From positions 384,001-448,000 of the forward strand of contig CAVZRV010000011.1 of assembly GCA_963777605.1 (NCBI GenBank): a DNA stretch of 64,000 bases. Reading direction: 5' to 3'. Positions within the stretch are counted from its first letter, which is position 1. Each line of letters begins with the position of its first letter. Made by a program: the position numbers and the translations under genes. This document shows positions 19,776-30,159 of the stretch, piece after piece. The DNA comes from an uncultured Acidobacteriota bacterium (GTDB lineage Bacteria; Acidobacteriota; UBA6911; RPQK01; JAPXNP01). Under the pieces are notes generated by a model. The model was not told the origin of the DNA. It was given only the letters and a program-made list of their open reading frames with translations, and did no database searches.

Positions 19776-20568
19776 GCGGGACAAGCGCCGATTGTCGACC
19801 TGGCTTGGCCGGGCAGCCAAGGCCCTGCTTGGTTTAGGCGCAGTCGTGGTCGCCGTCTGTCTCCTCTATTACGGAAACAGCTACGTGCGTTCCGACAACC
19901 ACTTCCAACTGCAGGCCATCGAATATCAGGGTGCCAACCGTTTCGACGCCGAAGCCTTTAACCGGCTCCTGCTGCGCACGTTCGGGCGCAATCTCCTGGT
20001 CATGGACCTGGAGAAAGTGCGTTCTTTGCTCGAGAGTGGAACCTGGGTCAAGGAAGCGACGGTTCGACGACGACTCCCCGACCGGCTGTATCTCTACATC
20101 ACGGAACGGGAACCCGTGGCGGTCGCCGCCATCGACAATGACCTTTACGTTGTCGATGAGGAAGGGGTCATCCTGGCACCATTCGGACCCGACTACTCCT
20201 ATCTCGACCGGCCCATCATCAAGGGACTCAAGAACACGGCCCGGGAGAACGCGCTCTCAGAAAACCAGCGTGGCGTCCGAGCCTACCTTAAACTTCTGCA
20301 GGATTTCGAGGCAGATGGGGCGGACTATTCGAGCCGGATCTCCGAGGTTGACGTGAGTGACCCCGAGCGGGTTGCCGTCATTTCGCTGGATGATTCCGTG
20401 CCCATCTTTTTGGGGAAGAACGGTTTTGCGCGCCGCTTCGAACGGTTCCTTTCACAACGGGCGCTGTACGAAAAGCTCAAACAGAAATACGGGCTCATCG
20501 AGTACGTTGACGTCACGTACGAAAACAAGATTATTTTTCACACGCCGCAACAGGGGGGCGCCGGTTAA
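19759..20568 (+). CDS. ftsQ: cell division protein FtsQ/DivIB
   Basis: TM helix then POTRA-like WVKEATVRRRLPDRL...EREP, directly before ftsA. TTG 19759 preferred (ORF track 19729). Confidence 0.88.
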   Translation: MKEATKRDKRRLSTWLGRAAKALLGLGAVVVAVCLLYYGNSYVRSDNHFQLQAIEYQGANRFDAEAFNRLLLRTFGRNLLVMDLEKVRSLLESGTWVKEATVRRRLPDRLYLYITEREPVAVAAIDNDLYVVDEEGVILAPFGPDYSYLDRPIIKGLKNTARENALSENQRGVRAYLKLLQDFEADGADYSSRISEVDVSDPERVAVISLDDSVPIFLGKNGFARRFERFLSQRALYEKLKQKYGLIEYVDVTYENKIIFHTPQQGGAG

Positions 20569-20633
20569 CTCGGGGGAAGTTCCGCCGGCCTGAACTAGCA
20601 GGAAGGGCTAGCGACGGAAGTCAAATTGTAGAT

Positions 20634-21872
20634 ATGGCAAAGAAACGAATAGTTGCCGGGATCGATGTCGGCACAACGAAAATATGTTCCTGCATCGCAG
20701 AAATCTCCGACTCGCAGGTCGAGATCACCGGCGTGGGATGGTCCCCGTCGAAAGGATTAAAAAAGGGTATCGTCGTCAACCTCTCGGAAACCATCCGGAG
20801 CGTCCGGGAATCGCTCGTGGCCGCGGAAGAAGAAGCCGGGACGGTGGTCGAGTCGGCCTTTGTGAGTGCCGGCGGAAGGTTTCTGCGCAGCGCCAACACG
20901 GCAGCCCAGACCGACGTTCGGGGCAAGAACGGAAGGGTGGCAGCGGACGACATCAGCCGAGCCGTGCTTGCGGCCCAGGATGTTGAACTGCCTTCCGACT
21001 ACCAGGTCATTCACGTCCTGACCCAGGGCTTTTCCCTGGATGAGCAGGAGGGAATCTTCGATCCCCTCGGGATGAGCGGAAATCGGCTGGCCGTCAGGCT
21101 GCACCTGGTTTTCAATGCCACCGCCGTGGTTCAGAACATCGTCAACGCCATCAACAAGGCGGACGTGGTCGTGAAAGGCGTCGTGATGCAACAACTGGCG
21201 TCGGCCGAGGCGGTACTGACCGATGACGAGAAGGAACTGGGAACGGTGGTCATCGACATCGGGGGGGGCACAACCGACATTTCGGTTTACAGCAACGGCT
21301 GCATCTGGCACTCCGAGGTCCTGCCCATGGGTGGCAGCCTCATTACGAAGGATATCGCCATCGGACTGCGTTCTCCCCTGCAGGAGGCGGAACGCCTCAA
21401 GATCGAACTTGGCACGGTCTACCCGGACACGGTCCCCGAAGAGGAACGGATCGAGTTCAGCGAAATGGGAAGCGGGAAGTCTCAGAGCTACTCCCGGCGG
21501 CTACTCTGTCAGATCGTCGAGGCAAGATGCGTAGAGATCCTGGAGGCGACGCAAGAGGTTCTCGGGCGGGCCGGGGTTCAAATGGACCTGATCAGTGGAG
21601 TTGTTCTGACGGGAGGCGGGGCCATGATGCACGGATTCGTGGAGCGGGCGCAGGAACTTTTCCAGGCCCCTGTCCGTCTCGGCATACCGGTTTCTTTTGA
21701 GAGCCGGAACGAGGCGGTCTTTCATCCCGCCTACTCTACGGCTCTAGGTCTCCTCCGATACGCGCAAACCGTGCGCGACACCGACATGGCAAAAGTTGCC
21801 CGGGCCATGGGCCCCAGTCGCCCCAAAGCAGCGACGGAGAGGCTGAAGAACTGGATTTTTGAAAGAATCTGA
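20634..21872 (+). CDS. ftsA: cell division protein FtsA
   Basis: GIDVGTTKI, GLKKGIVVN, IDIGGGTTD, VLTGGGA, YSTALGL. Confidence 0.97.
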   Translation: MAKKRIVAGIDVGTTKICSCIAEISDSQVEITGVGWSPSKGLKKGIVVNLSETIRSVRESLVAAEEEAGTVVESAFVSAGGRFLRSANTAAQTDVRGKNGRVAADDISRAVLAAQDVELPSDYQVIHVLTQGFSLDEQEGIFDPLGMSGNRLAVRLHLVFNATAVVQNIVNAINKADVVVKGVVMQQLASAEAVLTDDEKELGTVVIDIGGGTTDISVYSNGCIWHSEVLPMGGSLITKDIAIGLRSPLQEAERLKIELGTVYPDTVPEEERIEFSEMGSGKSQSYSRRLLCQIVEARCVEILEATQEVLGRAGVQMDLISGVVLTGGGAMMHGFVERAQELFQAPVRLGIPVSFESRNEAVFHPAYSTALGLLRYAQTVRDTDMAKVARAMGPSRPKAATERLKNWIFERI

Positions 21873-21947
21873 TACGGATTGACATCGGCACGCCCCGGTC
21901 CGGCACGCGGAATCCGGGACCGGGCCAGTGACCGCATGGAGGTTGAT

Positions 21948-23102
21948 ATGGGTGGAAACAATCACGATGATCGAATTATTAAACTCTCCTTCGAGGAAAA
22001 ACCGATCACCGGCGCAGCGATCAAGGTTATCGGCGTCGGTGGCGGCGGCTGCAATGCCGTCAACCGGATGATCGAGGCCGGTATCGAGGGGGTGGAATTC
22101 ATCACAGCCAACACCGATGTTCAGGCGTTGAGGCAGTCACACGCTCCGCGAAAGCTGCAGATCGGCGAGAAGTTGACCAAGGGGCTCGGGGTCGGCTCCG
22201 ATCCGGAGCTGGGCCGGCAGGCTGCTCTGGAGGACACCGAAAAAATCATCGAACTTCTCGATGGGGCGGACATGGTGTTTGTCACCGCCGGACTCGGGGG
22301 AGGCACCGGGACCGGCGCATCTCCCATCGTGGCGAGCCTGGCCACCGAACTCGGCGCCCTCACCGTAGCCGTCGTCACCACCCCGTTCCACTTCGAGGGA
22401 AAACGCCGGCGCAATCAGGCCGTTCGAGGGCTCGATGAACTTCGGGAGAGTTCCGACACGGTGATCACGATCCCCAACGAGCGCCTGCTCAACACGGTCC
22501 CTGCGGGAACTTCTCTTTTCGAGGCGTTCAAGTTCGCCGACGACGTTCTCCGGCAGGCCGTCCAGGGCATAAGCGACCTGATCACGGTCCCGGGCGTCAT
22601 TAACCTCGACTTCGCGGATGTGAAGACGATCATGTCGGGTATGGGACTCGCCCTGATGGGCACCGGCATCGCCGACGGCGACGATCGTGCTGTCAACGCC
22701 GCCCGGCGCGCGATCTCCAGCCCGTTGCTGGAGGACACGAGGATCCAGGGGGCGAAAGGTGTCCTGATCAACATTACCGGAAGTTCCCGCATGACGCTGC
22801 ACGAAGTCAGCGAAGCCAGCCGGATCGTCCAGGAGGCCGCCCATCAGGATGCCCACATCATCTTCGGGTCGGTCTGCGACGAAGAGATTGGAGACCAGAT
22901 AAAGATTACCGTCATCGCAACCGGCTTCGAGGATGACGAACCGGAACAGGTCGCTGAAGAAGTCGTTGCCCCGGGAATCGTGCGCCCCGAGAAGATGGAC
23001 TTCCGGCCCAACCTGTCGGAGGAAACGTTCGGCAACGGGAAACGCACCCCCGAACCCGACGTACTCGAAATCCCAACGTTTCTCCGTCGACAACTCGACT
23101 AA
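21948..23102 (+). CDS. ftsZ: cell division protein FtsZ
   Basis: [28 protein letters not shown]-terminal IPTFLRRQ; GGAGG at 21938-21942 before ATG 21948. Confidence 0.98.
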   Translation: MGGNNHDDRIIKLSFEEKPITGAAIKVIGVGGGGCNAVNRMIEAGIEGVEFITANTDVQALRQSHAPRKLQIGEKLTKGLGVGSDPELGRQAALEDTEKIIELLDGADMVFVTAGLGGGTGTGASPIVASLATELGALTVAVVTTPFHFEGKRRRNQAVRGLDELRESSDTVITIPNERLLNTVPAGTSLFEAFKFADDVLRQAVQGISDLITVPGVINLDFADVKTIMSGMGLALMGTGIADGDDRAVNAARRAISSPLLEDTRIQGAKGVLINITGSSRMTLHEVSEASRIVQEAAHQDAHIIFGSVCDEEIGDQIKITVIATGFEDDEPEQVAEEVVAPGIVRPEKMDFRPNLSEETFGNGKRTPEPDVLEIPTFLRRQLD

Positions 23103-23175
23103 AGGGCCCAGGAGGACCGCCGGGTCTCGCATTCCTTCTCCCGACCACCCATAATGTCGGGGGGAGACTGACGAC

Positions 23176-24177
23176 ATGATTCTTGCTGGTGATGTAGGTG
23201 GTACCAAGTGTATTCTCTCGGTATTCGAGAGAAAGGACGGAAAGCTTCACGGGATCTGCGACGAGTCCCTTCCCAGCCGGGAGTTCCGTTCCCTCGAAGC
23301 GGTAGTTGAACGCTTCCTGGAACTTCCCTCGGCACGCCAATTCAAGGACCGCATCACGTCCTCCTGTTTCGGGATCGCAGGCCCGGTATTCCAGGGTCGG
23401 GTGGCAACCACCAACCTGCCCTGGGAGATCACCGTCGAGAACCTTGAGAAGGCCAGCGGAATCCCCTGGGTGCACCTCATCAACGACCTTGAGGCAGCGG
23501 GCTACGGGATCGCCGAACTGGGAGCCGCTGACCAGGTTCGCCTCAACAGCGCCGAGAGTGTCGCCAATGCGCCGCGGGTCCTGATCGCGGCCGGGACCGG
23601 ACTGGGCGAAGGACTCCTCGTCTGTCACGAAGACGGACGTTATCACCCGATCTCCTCCGAAGGCGGCCACTGCGATTTTGCTCCCCGCAATACCCTGGAG
23701 ATCGGACTGCTCGAGTACCTGCACGAGTCATGGTCTCATGTCAGCTATGAACGCGTGCTCTCCGGGCCAGGGCTCTACAACATCTACCGCTACCTCCGTC
23801 ACATCGGCCGCCCTGAGTCATCCGAGATTTCGAGCCGGATCGAATCGGCCGAGGATCCCAGCGCCCAGGTTTCCGAACTGGCGCTGTCGTCCCGCTCCGA
23901 GACCTGCCGCGAGGCACTGCGCCTTTTCGTGTCTGTTTACGGTGCCGAAGCCGGGAACCTGGCGTTGAAGGCCAAGGCCCTGGGTGGAGTTTTCGTGGGC
24001 GGAGGTATCGCCCCCAAGATCAGGCCGATGATCGAAGAGGGCGGATTCATGGACGCGTTCCTGGACAAAGGGCGGATGCGGCCGCTGCTCGAGTCGATAC
24101 CCGTCACGCTCGTACTGAACAGCAGGATGGCCCTGATTGGAGCGGCCTCCTGTGCCGCCATGCATGAGGAGAGTTAG
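23176..24177 (+). CDS. glk: glucokinase (E. coli Glk type)
   Basis: AGDVGGT, GIAGPV, TNLPW, INDLEA, GTGLG, SEGGH, ERVLSGPGL, GGGIAPK. Confidence 0.95.
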   Translation: MILAGDVGGTKCILSVFERKDGKLHGICDESLPSREFRSLEAVVERFLELPSARQFKDRITSSCFGIAGPVFQGRVATTNLPWEITVENLEKASGIPWVHLINDLEAAGYGIAELGAADQVRLNSAESVANAPRVLIAAGTGLGEGLLVCHEDGRYHPISSEGGHCDFAPRNTLEIGLLEYLHESWSHVSYERVLSGPGLYNIYRYLRHIGRPESSEISSRIESAEDPSAQVSELALSSRSETCREALRLFVSVYGAEAGNLALKAKALGGVFVGGGIAPKIRPMIEEGGFMDAFLDKGRMRPLLESIPVTLVLNSRMALIGAASCAAMHEES

Positions 24178-24352
24178 CCCGCCTTCCTCGCCAAGGTCCG
24201 AAGCGGGGCGGTGGAGAGGCAGATGGATGCGAGGAGTGCGACAAAGGCCCCCGCAGGCGTACTTGACGGTACGTCGAGTGGGACAAGGCGCGGCAACGCC
24301 GCGGACGCCTGTCTATCCGCCGCCGCAGGAGCCTCGTGAGAAATGCGAGTTG
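24175..24352. mobile_element. degenerate MITE-like inverted-repeat element (~180 bp, non-coding)
   Basis: Left arm tagcccgccttcctcgccaagg..gcggggcggtggagaggc is imperfectly complementary to right arm gcctgtctatccgccgccgc..cctcgtgagaaatgcgagttg; central hairpin ggcgtac-ttgacg-gtacgtc at 24256-24275. Confidence 0.5.
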
Positions 24353-24481
24353 GGTCCCGTCGCCTACACCGGTCGCTGCCTCGAGCCGGTGACTGAAAGG
24401 TGGACGCTATGGGGCGTTGTCGTGCTAAGATTTTGCAAAATTTCCGGATCACGAGGCTGTCTCCAACGAATGCGAGCGCGT

Positions 24482-27400
24482 ATGTCCAAGAAATTCATCT
24501 GCGCTTTCCTGCTGTCTCTGCAACTGCTGACCATTCCCTGCTGGGCGCAGGATCCCGCCGGGCGATTGATCGCCGTTCGGGGCCGGGTTGAAATCGGGCC
24601 GAACTGGGCCGCCGCGGTTCTCAACCAGGACCTGTTCGAAGGCAGCGAGATCCGGACTTTCCAGCAGAGTCGCGCAGTTCTGCTCCTGGCCGATGAGACT
24701 CAGCTGAAGCTGAACGCCAACACTTCACTGGTGCTCCAGTCGGCCAACCGCTCGAGCAGCCTCATCAGCCGGATTTCGGCAGCCGGCGCCCGCTCCGAGC
24801 AAAGCATCATGAATCTCCGCTCGGGGCAACTCTACGTCCGCTCGAAGAAAACCCCGGCCAGTGTCCGGGTGGACACCCCGGCTGTGACGGCCGCCATCCG
24901 CGGGACCGAATTCGACGTTCAGGTAGCACCGGACGGCGAGACGCGCACGACGGTGCTGGAAGGCTCGATCGACTATCACAACGACTACGGCGCCATCCAG
25001 GTCAATTCGGGTGAACAGGGCATTGCGAGGATCGGTGAAGCCCCGACAAAAATCGTCATCGTGAACCCGCAAGACGCCGTCCAGTGGACCTTCTTCTACA
25101 CAGCGGCAGTCAGCCCCAGGGACTACCCCTTCATTCAGCGTTCACCGGCCGCTGCCCGGACCGACCTCCAGGGAACGATCGCCGACCCTGTCCGCCGAGC
25201 CATGCTGCTGCACGACGCTGGACAACCGGACGAAGCTCTTCAGGCGCTGGAAGGAGTCTCTAGCCCTGAGGCTCACGTGGTTCGGGGCTGGCTTCTGCTC
25301 GAGAAGCACCAGTTGATGGAGGCCGAGAAAGAGTTCGATGCGGCCCCGTCCGACCTGGAACGCACCCGGCTTGGCAAGTCGCTGATTTTCCTTCGCTCCG
25401 ACCAATATGAAAATGCCTTGAAGGCGGTCGAACCGACCGGCGACGATTCAGGACTCCTGTTTCAGAAAGCCCTCGTGTTGACCGTAACGGGAGGCATCAC
25501 CGAGGCCATGCCGATCCTGGACGACCTCGCCCACCGGGACGGCTGGGCGGCGCTCGCCCAGAGCCTCAAGGCGACAATCCTGGTCGGCCGGAATTCCAAG
25601 GAGGAGGCCCTGGCAGCGGCCCGTGCGGCCCTGCAGTCCGATCCCAGCTCTCCCTCGGCACGCGTCGGGCTGAGTCGGGTCCTGCAGGCCTTCTTCGAGC
25701 TTCCCCAGGCCCGGAGCGAGGCCTCGCAGGCCCTGGAACTCGACCCGAACTTCATCGACGCCCAGGCCCAGTACGCGAAACTTCTGTTCGGGTTCGGGTT
25801 GACCGGGGAAGCCGAGAAAATCATCCAGCGTTCGCTCCAGGAGAACCCCGACGACGCCCAGATGAATTCGCTGCTGGGTTTCATCCTGCTTGCCCGTGCC
25901 GACACCTCCGAGGCGATCACGCGCTTCCAGCATGCTGTCGCTCTCGACAGCACGCTCGCTGATCCTCATCTCGGGCTCGGCCTTGCACTGATGCGCCGGA
26001 ACCGCCCCGACGACGCGGCCGCGGAGTTCCTCTCCGCCGCCACACTCGAACCGCGACTGTCTATCTACTACAGCTACCTGGCCAAGGCCTTTTACGAACT
26101 TCGCCAGTTCGAGCAGGCATTCACGTCCCTCCAGACCGCCGAGGAACTGGATCCCCGGGATCCAACACCGCACTTGTATTCGGGCATCTTCCTCGACGAT
26201 CTGAACCGGCCCGGAGCTGCGGTCTCGGCCTACCAGGATTCCATCCGACTGAATGACAACCGGGCCGTCTACCGCAGCCGGCTGATTCTCGATCAGGACC
26301 TGGCCTCCCGGAATATCAGCCTGGCCCGTGCCTACAACCGCCTCGGCCTGACCGAATGGGGAAACAGCGAGGCCGTCCTTTCCGTCCTCAACGATCCGAC
26401 CAACAGTTCGGCGCACCTTTTTCTCGGCAATACGTTCCTGGCCCTGCCGGGTCGGACGCTGGCCGGCGGCTCCGAATCGCTGCTGAATCGCCTGCTCCTC
26501 CCGGTTAACGCGAATGCGTTCAACGCCTTCAACGACTACACGACGCTCTTTGAACTTCCGCGGGCATACTGGACGGCTGAGGGGCGATACGGGAGCTTCG
26601 ACGCGTTCGGCGGCACCTTCACGGCCAGCGGTGGAACCAGCCGGTTGGCTTACCGGTCGACGACCACCTACGACCGCACCGCGGGTTTCCGTCCGGTCAA
26701 CGATGACGCCAAGGACTGGACCAGCTACAACTACCTCAAGATGGCGCTCACCCAGGGCACGGACCTGCTGCTCAGCTATTCCTATGGTCAGGACAAGAGC
26801 GGTGACCAGGGCAGCCCGGTTCTGGTCAACGAATTCAACGACCCTAACCTGCGCAACTACAGCCGCAGCCACCGCGGAGAAATTGGGGTTCACCACCGGT
26901 TTCGTCCGGGCTCAGACCTGGTCGCCATCTTCTCGGCGCGGTCGTTCGACCAGGTCAGCGACGATCCCGACAAGATTCAGCGTCCCTACATCACTTATGG
27001 ACTTCGCACATCCACCAAAGTTCCCGACGTGGATTTCCAGATCAGCCACCTGCTCAACGTTGGACGCTTCAGCTTCCGGTACGGCGCGGACGTATACGAG
27101 GGTCGCTCGCGAACTCTCGCCACCGTCTTTTACTTCTTCCCGGGCGACGACCAGCTCTACACCCAGGAGTACGACTTCAACCGGTACAAGGTGAGGACCA
27201 AGACCCTCTTCGCGAACACCGATTACCGGCTGCGTCCGGACCTGATTCTCTCGGCAGGGATCAACTACGCCTGGCTGAACGACAACAACCGCCTGGACAA
27301 CGTTCAGAAGCCCGACTCCTATTGGAATCCCCAGGCCGGAGTGCTCTACTCGCCGTTCGAAACCACCAAGCTCAGGTTCGCCTTTTTCCAGAACCTGCAA

Positions 27401-28009
27401 ACCCAGCGAGCGGAAAGCCTGGTCCCGGCCCAGTTGATGGGCTTTCCGATCCTTCAGAATGAGTCCTCGGGCTCTCGGGGAACCGCCTACAACCTCGGAT
27501 GGGATCAGAACATTGGGCGTAATGCGTTCTTTCGGAACCAGATCTACTGGAAAGACCGAAAGCTGCAGCCTTTCGACTTCGCCACCGGGTCCACGGTGGT
27601 ATTCGACGGGAAGCTCTATGGGGGCCGATCAACGATCGAGTACCTGATGTTCGAAACGCTCTCTCTCGTCGGCGATTACGGGATCACCCACAGCCTCGAC
27701 CTTTCTTCGCTGCGTCACGATCATGAGGTGAACGCTTCCCTCACCTGGGTTCAGCCCTGGGGACTCTACGTCACCCTGAACGAGAATTACCTTCGCCAGA
27801 CCGGGGAACTGGGCGACCTGAGAACCAAGGTCAAGGTCTTCACAACGGCGGTCAGCGCATCGTGGGAAATGCCCCGCAAGGTCGGGCTCGTCCAACTGAT
27901 CGCCTCGAACATTTTCGACCGCCGCTACGAGTTTCTGGCCGATCCGGAAGCCCTTGAGACCCGGATTCCCGCTCGCAACGTCCGGCTGCGACTTCGGTTC
28001 AACTTCTAG
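24482..28009 (+). CDS. outer-membrane protein: FecR-like domain, TPR array, C-terminal beta-barrel
   Basis: Signal peptide MSKKFICAFLLSLQLLTIPCWAQ; FecR motif VDTPAVTAAIRGTEF...VLEGSI; many TPR-like helices; aromatic alternating beta-strands ending in LRFNF (terminal Phe). ATG 24482 preferred. Confidence 0.85.
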   Translation: MSKKFICAFLLSLQLLTIPCWAQDPAGRLIAVRGRVEIGPNWAAAVLNQDLFEGSEIRTFQQSRAVLLLADETQLKLNANTSLVLQSANRSSSLISRISAAGARSEQSIMNLRSGQLYVRSKKTPASVRVDTPAVTAAIRGTEFDVQVAPDGETRTTVLEGSIDYHNDYGAIQVNSGEQGIARIGEAPTKIVIVNPQDAVQWTFFYTAAVSPRDYPFIQRSPAAARTDLQGTIADPVRRAMLLHDAGQPDEALQALEGVSSPEAHVVRGWLLLEKHQLMEAEKEFDAAPSDLERTRLGKSLIFLRSDQYENALKAVEPTGDDSGLLFQKALVLTVTGGITEAMPILDDLAHRDGWAALAQSLKATILVGRNSKEEALAAARAALQSDPSSPSARVGLSRVLQAFFELPQARSEASQALELDPNFIDAQAQYAKLLFGFGLTGEAEKIIQRSLQENPDDAQMNSLLGFILLARADTSEAITRFQHAVALDSTLADPHLGLGLALMRRNRPDDAAAEFLSAATLEPRLSIYYSYLAKAFYELRQFEQAFTSLQTAEELDPRDPTPHLYSGIFLDDLNRPGAAVSAYQDSIRLNDNRAVYRSRLILDQDLASRNISLARAYNRLGLTEWGNSEAVLSVLNDPTNSSAHLFLGNTFLALPGRTLAGGSESLLNRLLLPVNANAFNAFNDYTTLFELPRAYWTAEGRYGSFDAFGGTFTASGGTSRLAYRSTTTYDRTAGFRPVNDDAKDWTSYNYLKMALTQGTDLLLSYSYGQDKSGDQGSPVLVNEFNDPNLRNYSRSHRGEIGVHHRFRPGSDLVAIFSARSFDQVSDDPDKIQRPYITYGLRTSTKVPDVDFQISHLLNVGRFSFRYGADVYEGRSRTLATVFYFFPGDDQLYTQEYDFNRYKVRTKTLFANTDYRLRPDLILSAGINYAWLNDNNRLDNVQKPDSYWNPQAGVLYSPFETTKLRFAFFQNLQTQRAESLVPAQLMGFPILQNESSGSRGTAYNLGWDQNIGRNAFFRNQIYWKDRKLQPFDFATGSTVVFDGKLYGGRSTIEYLMFETLSLVGDYGITHSLDLSSLRHDHEVNASLTWVQPWGLYVTLNENYLRQTGELGDLRTKVKVFTTAVSASWEMPRKVGLVQLIASNIFDRRYEFLADPEALETRIPARNVRLRLRFNF

Positions 28010-28079
28010 GAGCGCTGATGATGATCGATGGCCACATTCCGGCCCGCTTCCCCTTGTCACGACGCGAGAGGGGGCAACG

Positions 28080-30107
28080 GTGAGCAAGAATGTCAAAGAG
28101 GTCCTGGCCTCAGCGGTCATCCTGGTTTTCTCACTGGCGGCAGTCGCGCTCCTGTCCAAGTACACCCCGTATCTGGAAAGCCTGGAACTGCGCAACTACG
28201 ACTTTCTGATGGCGGTCATCCGGGGGCCCCTGACTCCTCCCGACAACATTGTCGTCGTCGCCGTCGATGAGGCCTCGGATACTGAGTTCGACGACTCGCT
28301 GGGTTTCCACTGGCCCTATCCTCGAGGCGTCCACGGCGAACTCGTGGACGCGCTGAACGCGGCCGGAGTCAAGATCGTCATTTTCGACGTTGCGTTCATC
28401 GGCGAAAGCGGAGACAAGAACGAGGACCAGATGTTCGCGGGGGCCCTCCAGCGATCCAAAGTTCCTGTTGTGATTGCGGCCTCGATCGACGTCGTGGAGG
28501 ACCCTCGATTTTCGATGGTCCAGGAGGTTCTCCCGTACGCGCTATTCACCGATGCAGGAGCCAGGATTGGGTTTGCGACACTGAATCCCGACAGCGACGG
28601 TGTCATCCGTCACGCACGCCTTACGGTGGGGCTCCAGGCCACGCTCACGACCGAGGCGCTGGCGTTGATGGGTACCCCGGTTGACCCGGCCACGCTTCCG
28701 ATCGCCGAGTACGAAGGGGACGATCCCGAAATCCTGGTGAACTACGTGGGTGGAAGCAGAACCGTCCCGACCGTCAGCTACTACCAGGCACTGGATCCCG
28801 ACCAGTACCTTCCTCCGGACTTCCTCAAAGACAAGATCGTCTATATCGGGCGCTCGCTCGCGGTGGCTGACCTTTCGTCCGGAGGGCAAGACCACTACCC
28901 GTCTCCGTTCGACACCTTGTCTGGGCTGACCACCATGCCGGGCGTCGAGATCCACGCCAACCTGATGAACACGCTACTGACCCACGACTACATCCACCAG
29001 GTGGCCACCAGCATCCAGTGGGTCATCATCATTTCGCTCGGCCTGCTGGTTTGCCTGGCAGTGCTGATCACGGACAAGTTCTCGCTCAAGATCATTTTCT
29101 CCCTGATTGCGATATTCGGGTACATGGCGATCGTGGCGGTCCTCTTCGTCTTCGCCGGAATCTGGCTCTACGCGGTGCAACCGGTCACCCTGATGGTCAC
29201 CGTCTTCGGTTTGAACACCCTCTACCAGTACCGGCTCCACGAGAAGGAGCGAGCACACATCCGCAAAGCGCTCTCGGGGTACGTCTCAAAGCAGGTCATG
29301 GGCGAAATCCTCAAGAACCCCGACCAGTTGGAACTTGGAGGAGTGCAGGTCGAGGCGACGGTTCTCTTTTCCGACATCGCCGGTTTCTCCAAGATCTCCG
29401 AGAAGATCACTCCGCGGGAACTCGCCACTCTGCTCAATGACTACTTCACCAAGATGGGCGACATCATCATGTCCCGGGACGGCATGATCAACAAGTACAT
29501 CGGCGATGCCGTGATGGCGATCTGGAATGCCCCGCTTCCCAATGCAGACCATGCCCGGCTGGCCTGCCAGGCCGCCCTGGAGATGAGACGTGCCGTCGCC
29601 GACATGTACCCCCTGCGGATGCGGATCGGGATCAATACGGGCCAGATGGTCGCCGGCAACCTGGGTCACCGGGAAAGGATGGAGTACACCGTGATCGGCG
29701 ATGCCGTCAACCTGGCCTCACGTCTCGAAGGTGCCAACAAGCCTTTCGGGACGGTGGTCCTCATCAGTGACACCACAGAAGCGCTGGTCAGAGACAGCTT
29801 CCTGCTGCGACGGGTGGACCGGATTCGGGTAATCGGCAAACAGCACCCTGTCGAGATCTTCGAGGTATTGGCGGAACGGCACAAGCTCGTCCCCGACGAG
29901 ACTCTGTCGATGCTCGAATCGTTCAATCGAATCATCAAGACCTATGATTCACGGGACTGGCCTGAAGCCTGCCGGCTCTGCCAGGCTCACTCGAACGAGT
30001 TTCCGGGTGACCTGGTCGCAGAGGCCTACCTGAAGCGGTGCCGGAAGTTCGCCGACCAACCCCCGGAAGCCGACTGGGACGGGGTCTACGCACTCGAGTC
30101 AAAGTAG
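28080..30107 (+). CDS. CHASE2-domain class III adenylate cyclase (cyclase 1)
   Basis: IVVVAVDE..WPYPR..FDVAF and PGVEIHAN (CHASE2), three TM helices, LFSDIAGFS, KYIGDAVMA, YTVIGDAVNLASRLEG, C-terminal PPEADWDGV tail. GTG 28080 preferred. Confidence 0.92.
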   Translation: MSKNVKEVLASAVILVFSLAAVALLSKYTPYLESLELRNYDFLMAVIRGPLTPPDNIVVVAVDEASDTEFDDSLGFHWPYPRGVHGELVDALNAAGVKIVIFDVAFIGESGDKNEDQMFAGALQRSKVPVVIAASIDVVEDPRFSMVQEVLPYALFTDAGARIGFATLNPDSDGVIRHARLTVGLQATLTTEALALMGTPVDPATLPIAEYEGDDPEILVNYVGGSRTVPTVSYYQALDPDQYLPPDFLKDKIVYIGRSLAVADLSSGGQDHYPSPFDTLSGLTTMPGVEIHANLMNTLLTHDYIHQVATSIQWVIIISLGLLVCLAVLITDKFSLKIIFSLIAIFGYMAIVAVLFVFAGIWLYAVQPVTLMVTVFGLNTLYQYRLHEKERAHIRKALSGYVSKQVMGEILKNPDQLELGGVQVEATVLFSDIAGFSKISEKITPRELATLLNDYFTKMGDIIMSRDGMINKYIGDAVMAIWNAPLPNADHARLACQAALEMRRAVADMYPLRMRIGINTGQMVAGNLGHRERMEYTVIGDAVNLASRLEGANKPFGTVVLISDTTEALVRDSFLLRRVDRIRVIGKQHPVEIFEVLAERHKLVPDETLSMLESFNRIIKTYDSRDWPEACRLCQAHSNEFPGDLVAEAYLKRCRKFADQPPEADWDGVYALESK

Positions 30108-30120
30108 AGGGGGCCAACCA

Positions 30121-30156
30121 GTCCGGCAGGTCGGACAAGTCAGACCAGTCTGACTA
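30121..30156. repeat. four 9-nt tandem units (GTCnGRCnR) between the convergent cyclase genes
   Basis: gtccggcag gtcggacaa gtcagacca gtctgacta. Confidence 0.6.
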
Positions 30157-30159
30157 CCC

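Noticed and set aside
24137-24481. 115-aa extension of the FecR-TPR-barrel ORF
   Set aside because: Crosses the palindromic element and a likely promoter (TG-C-TAAGAT); the signal peptide starts at 24482.
25448-26896. 482-aa minus-strand ORF
   Set aside because: Antisense shadow of the TPR region, typical of high-GC DNA.
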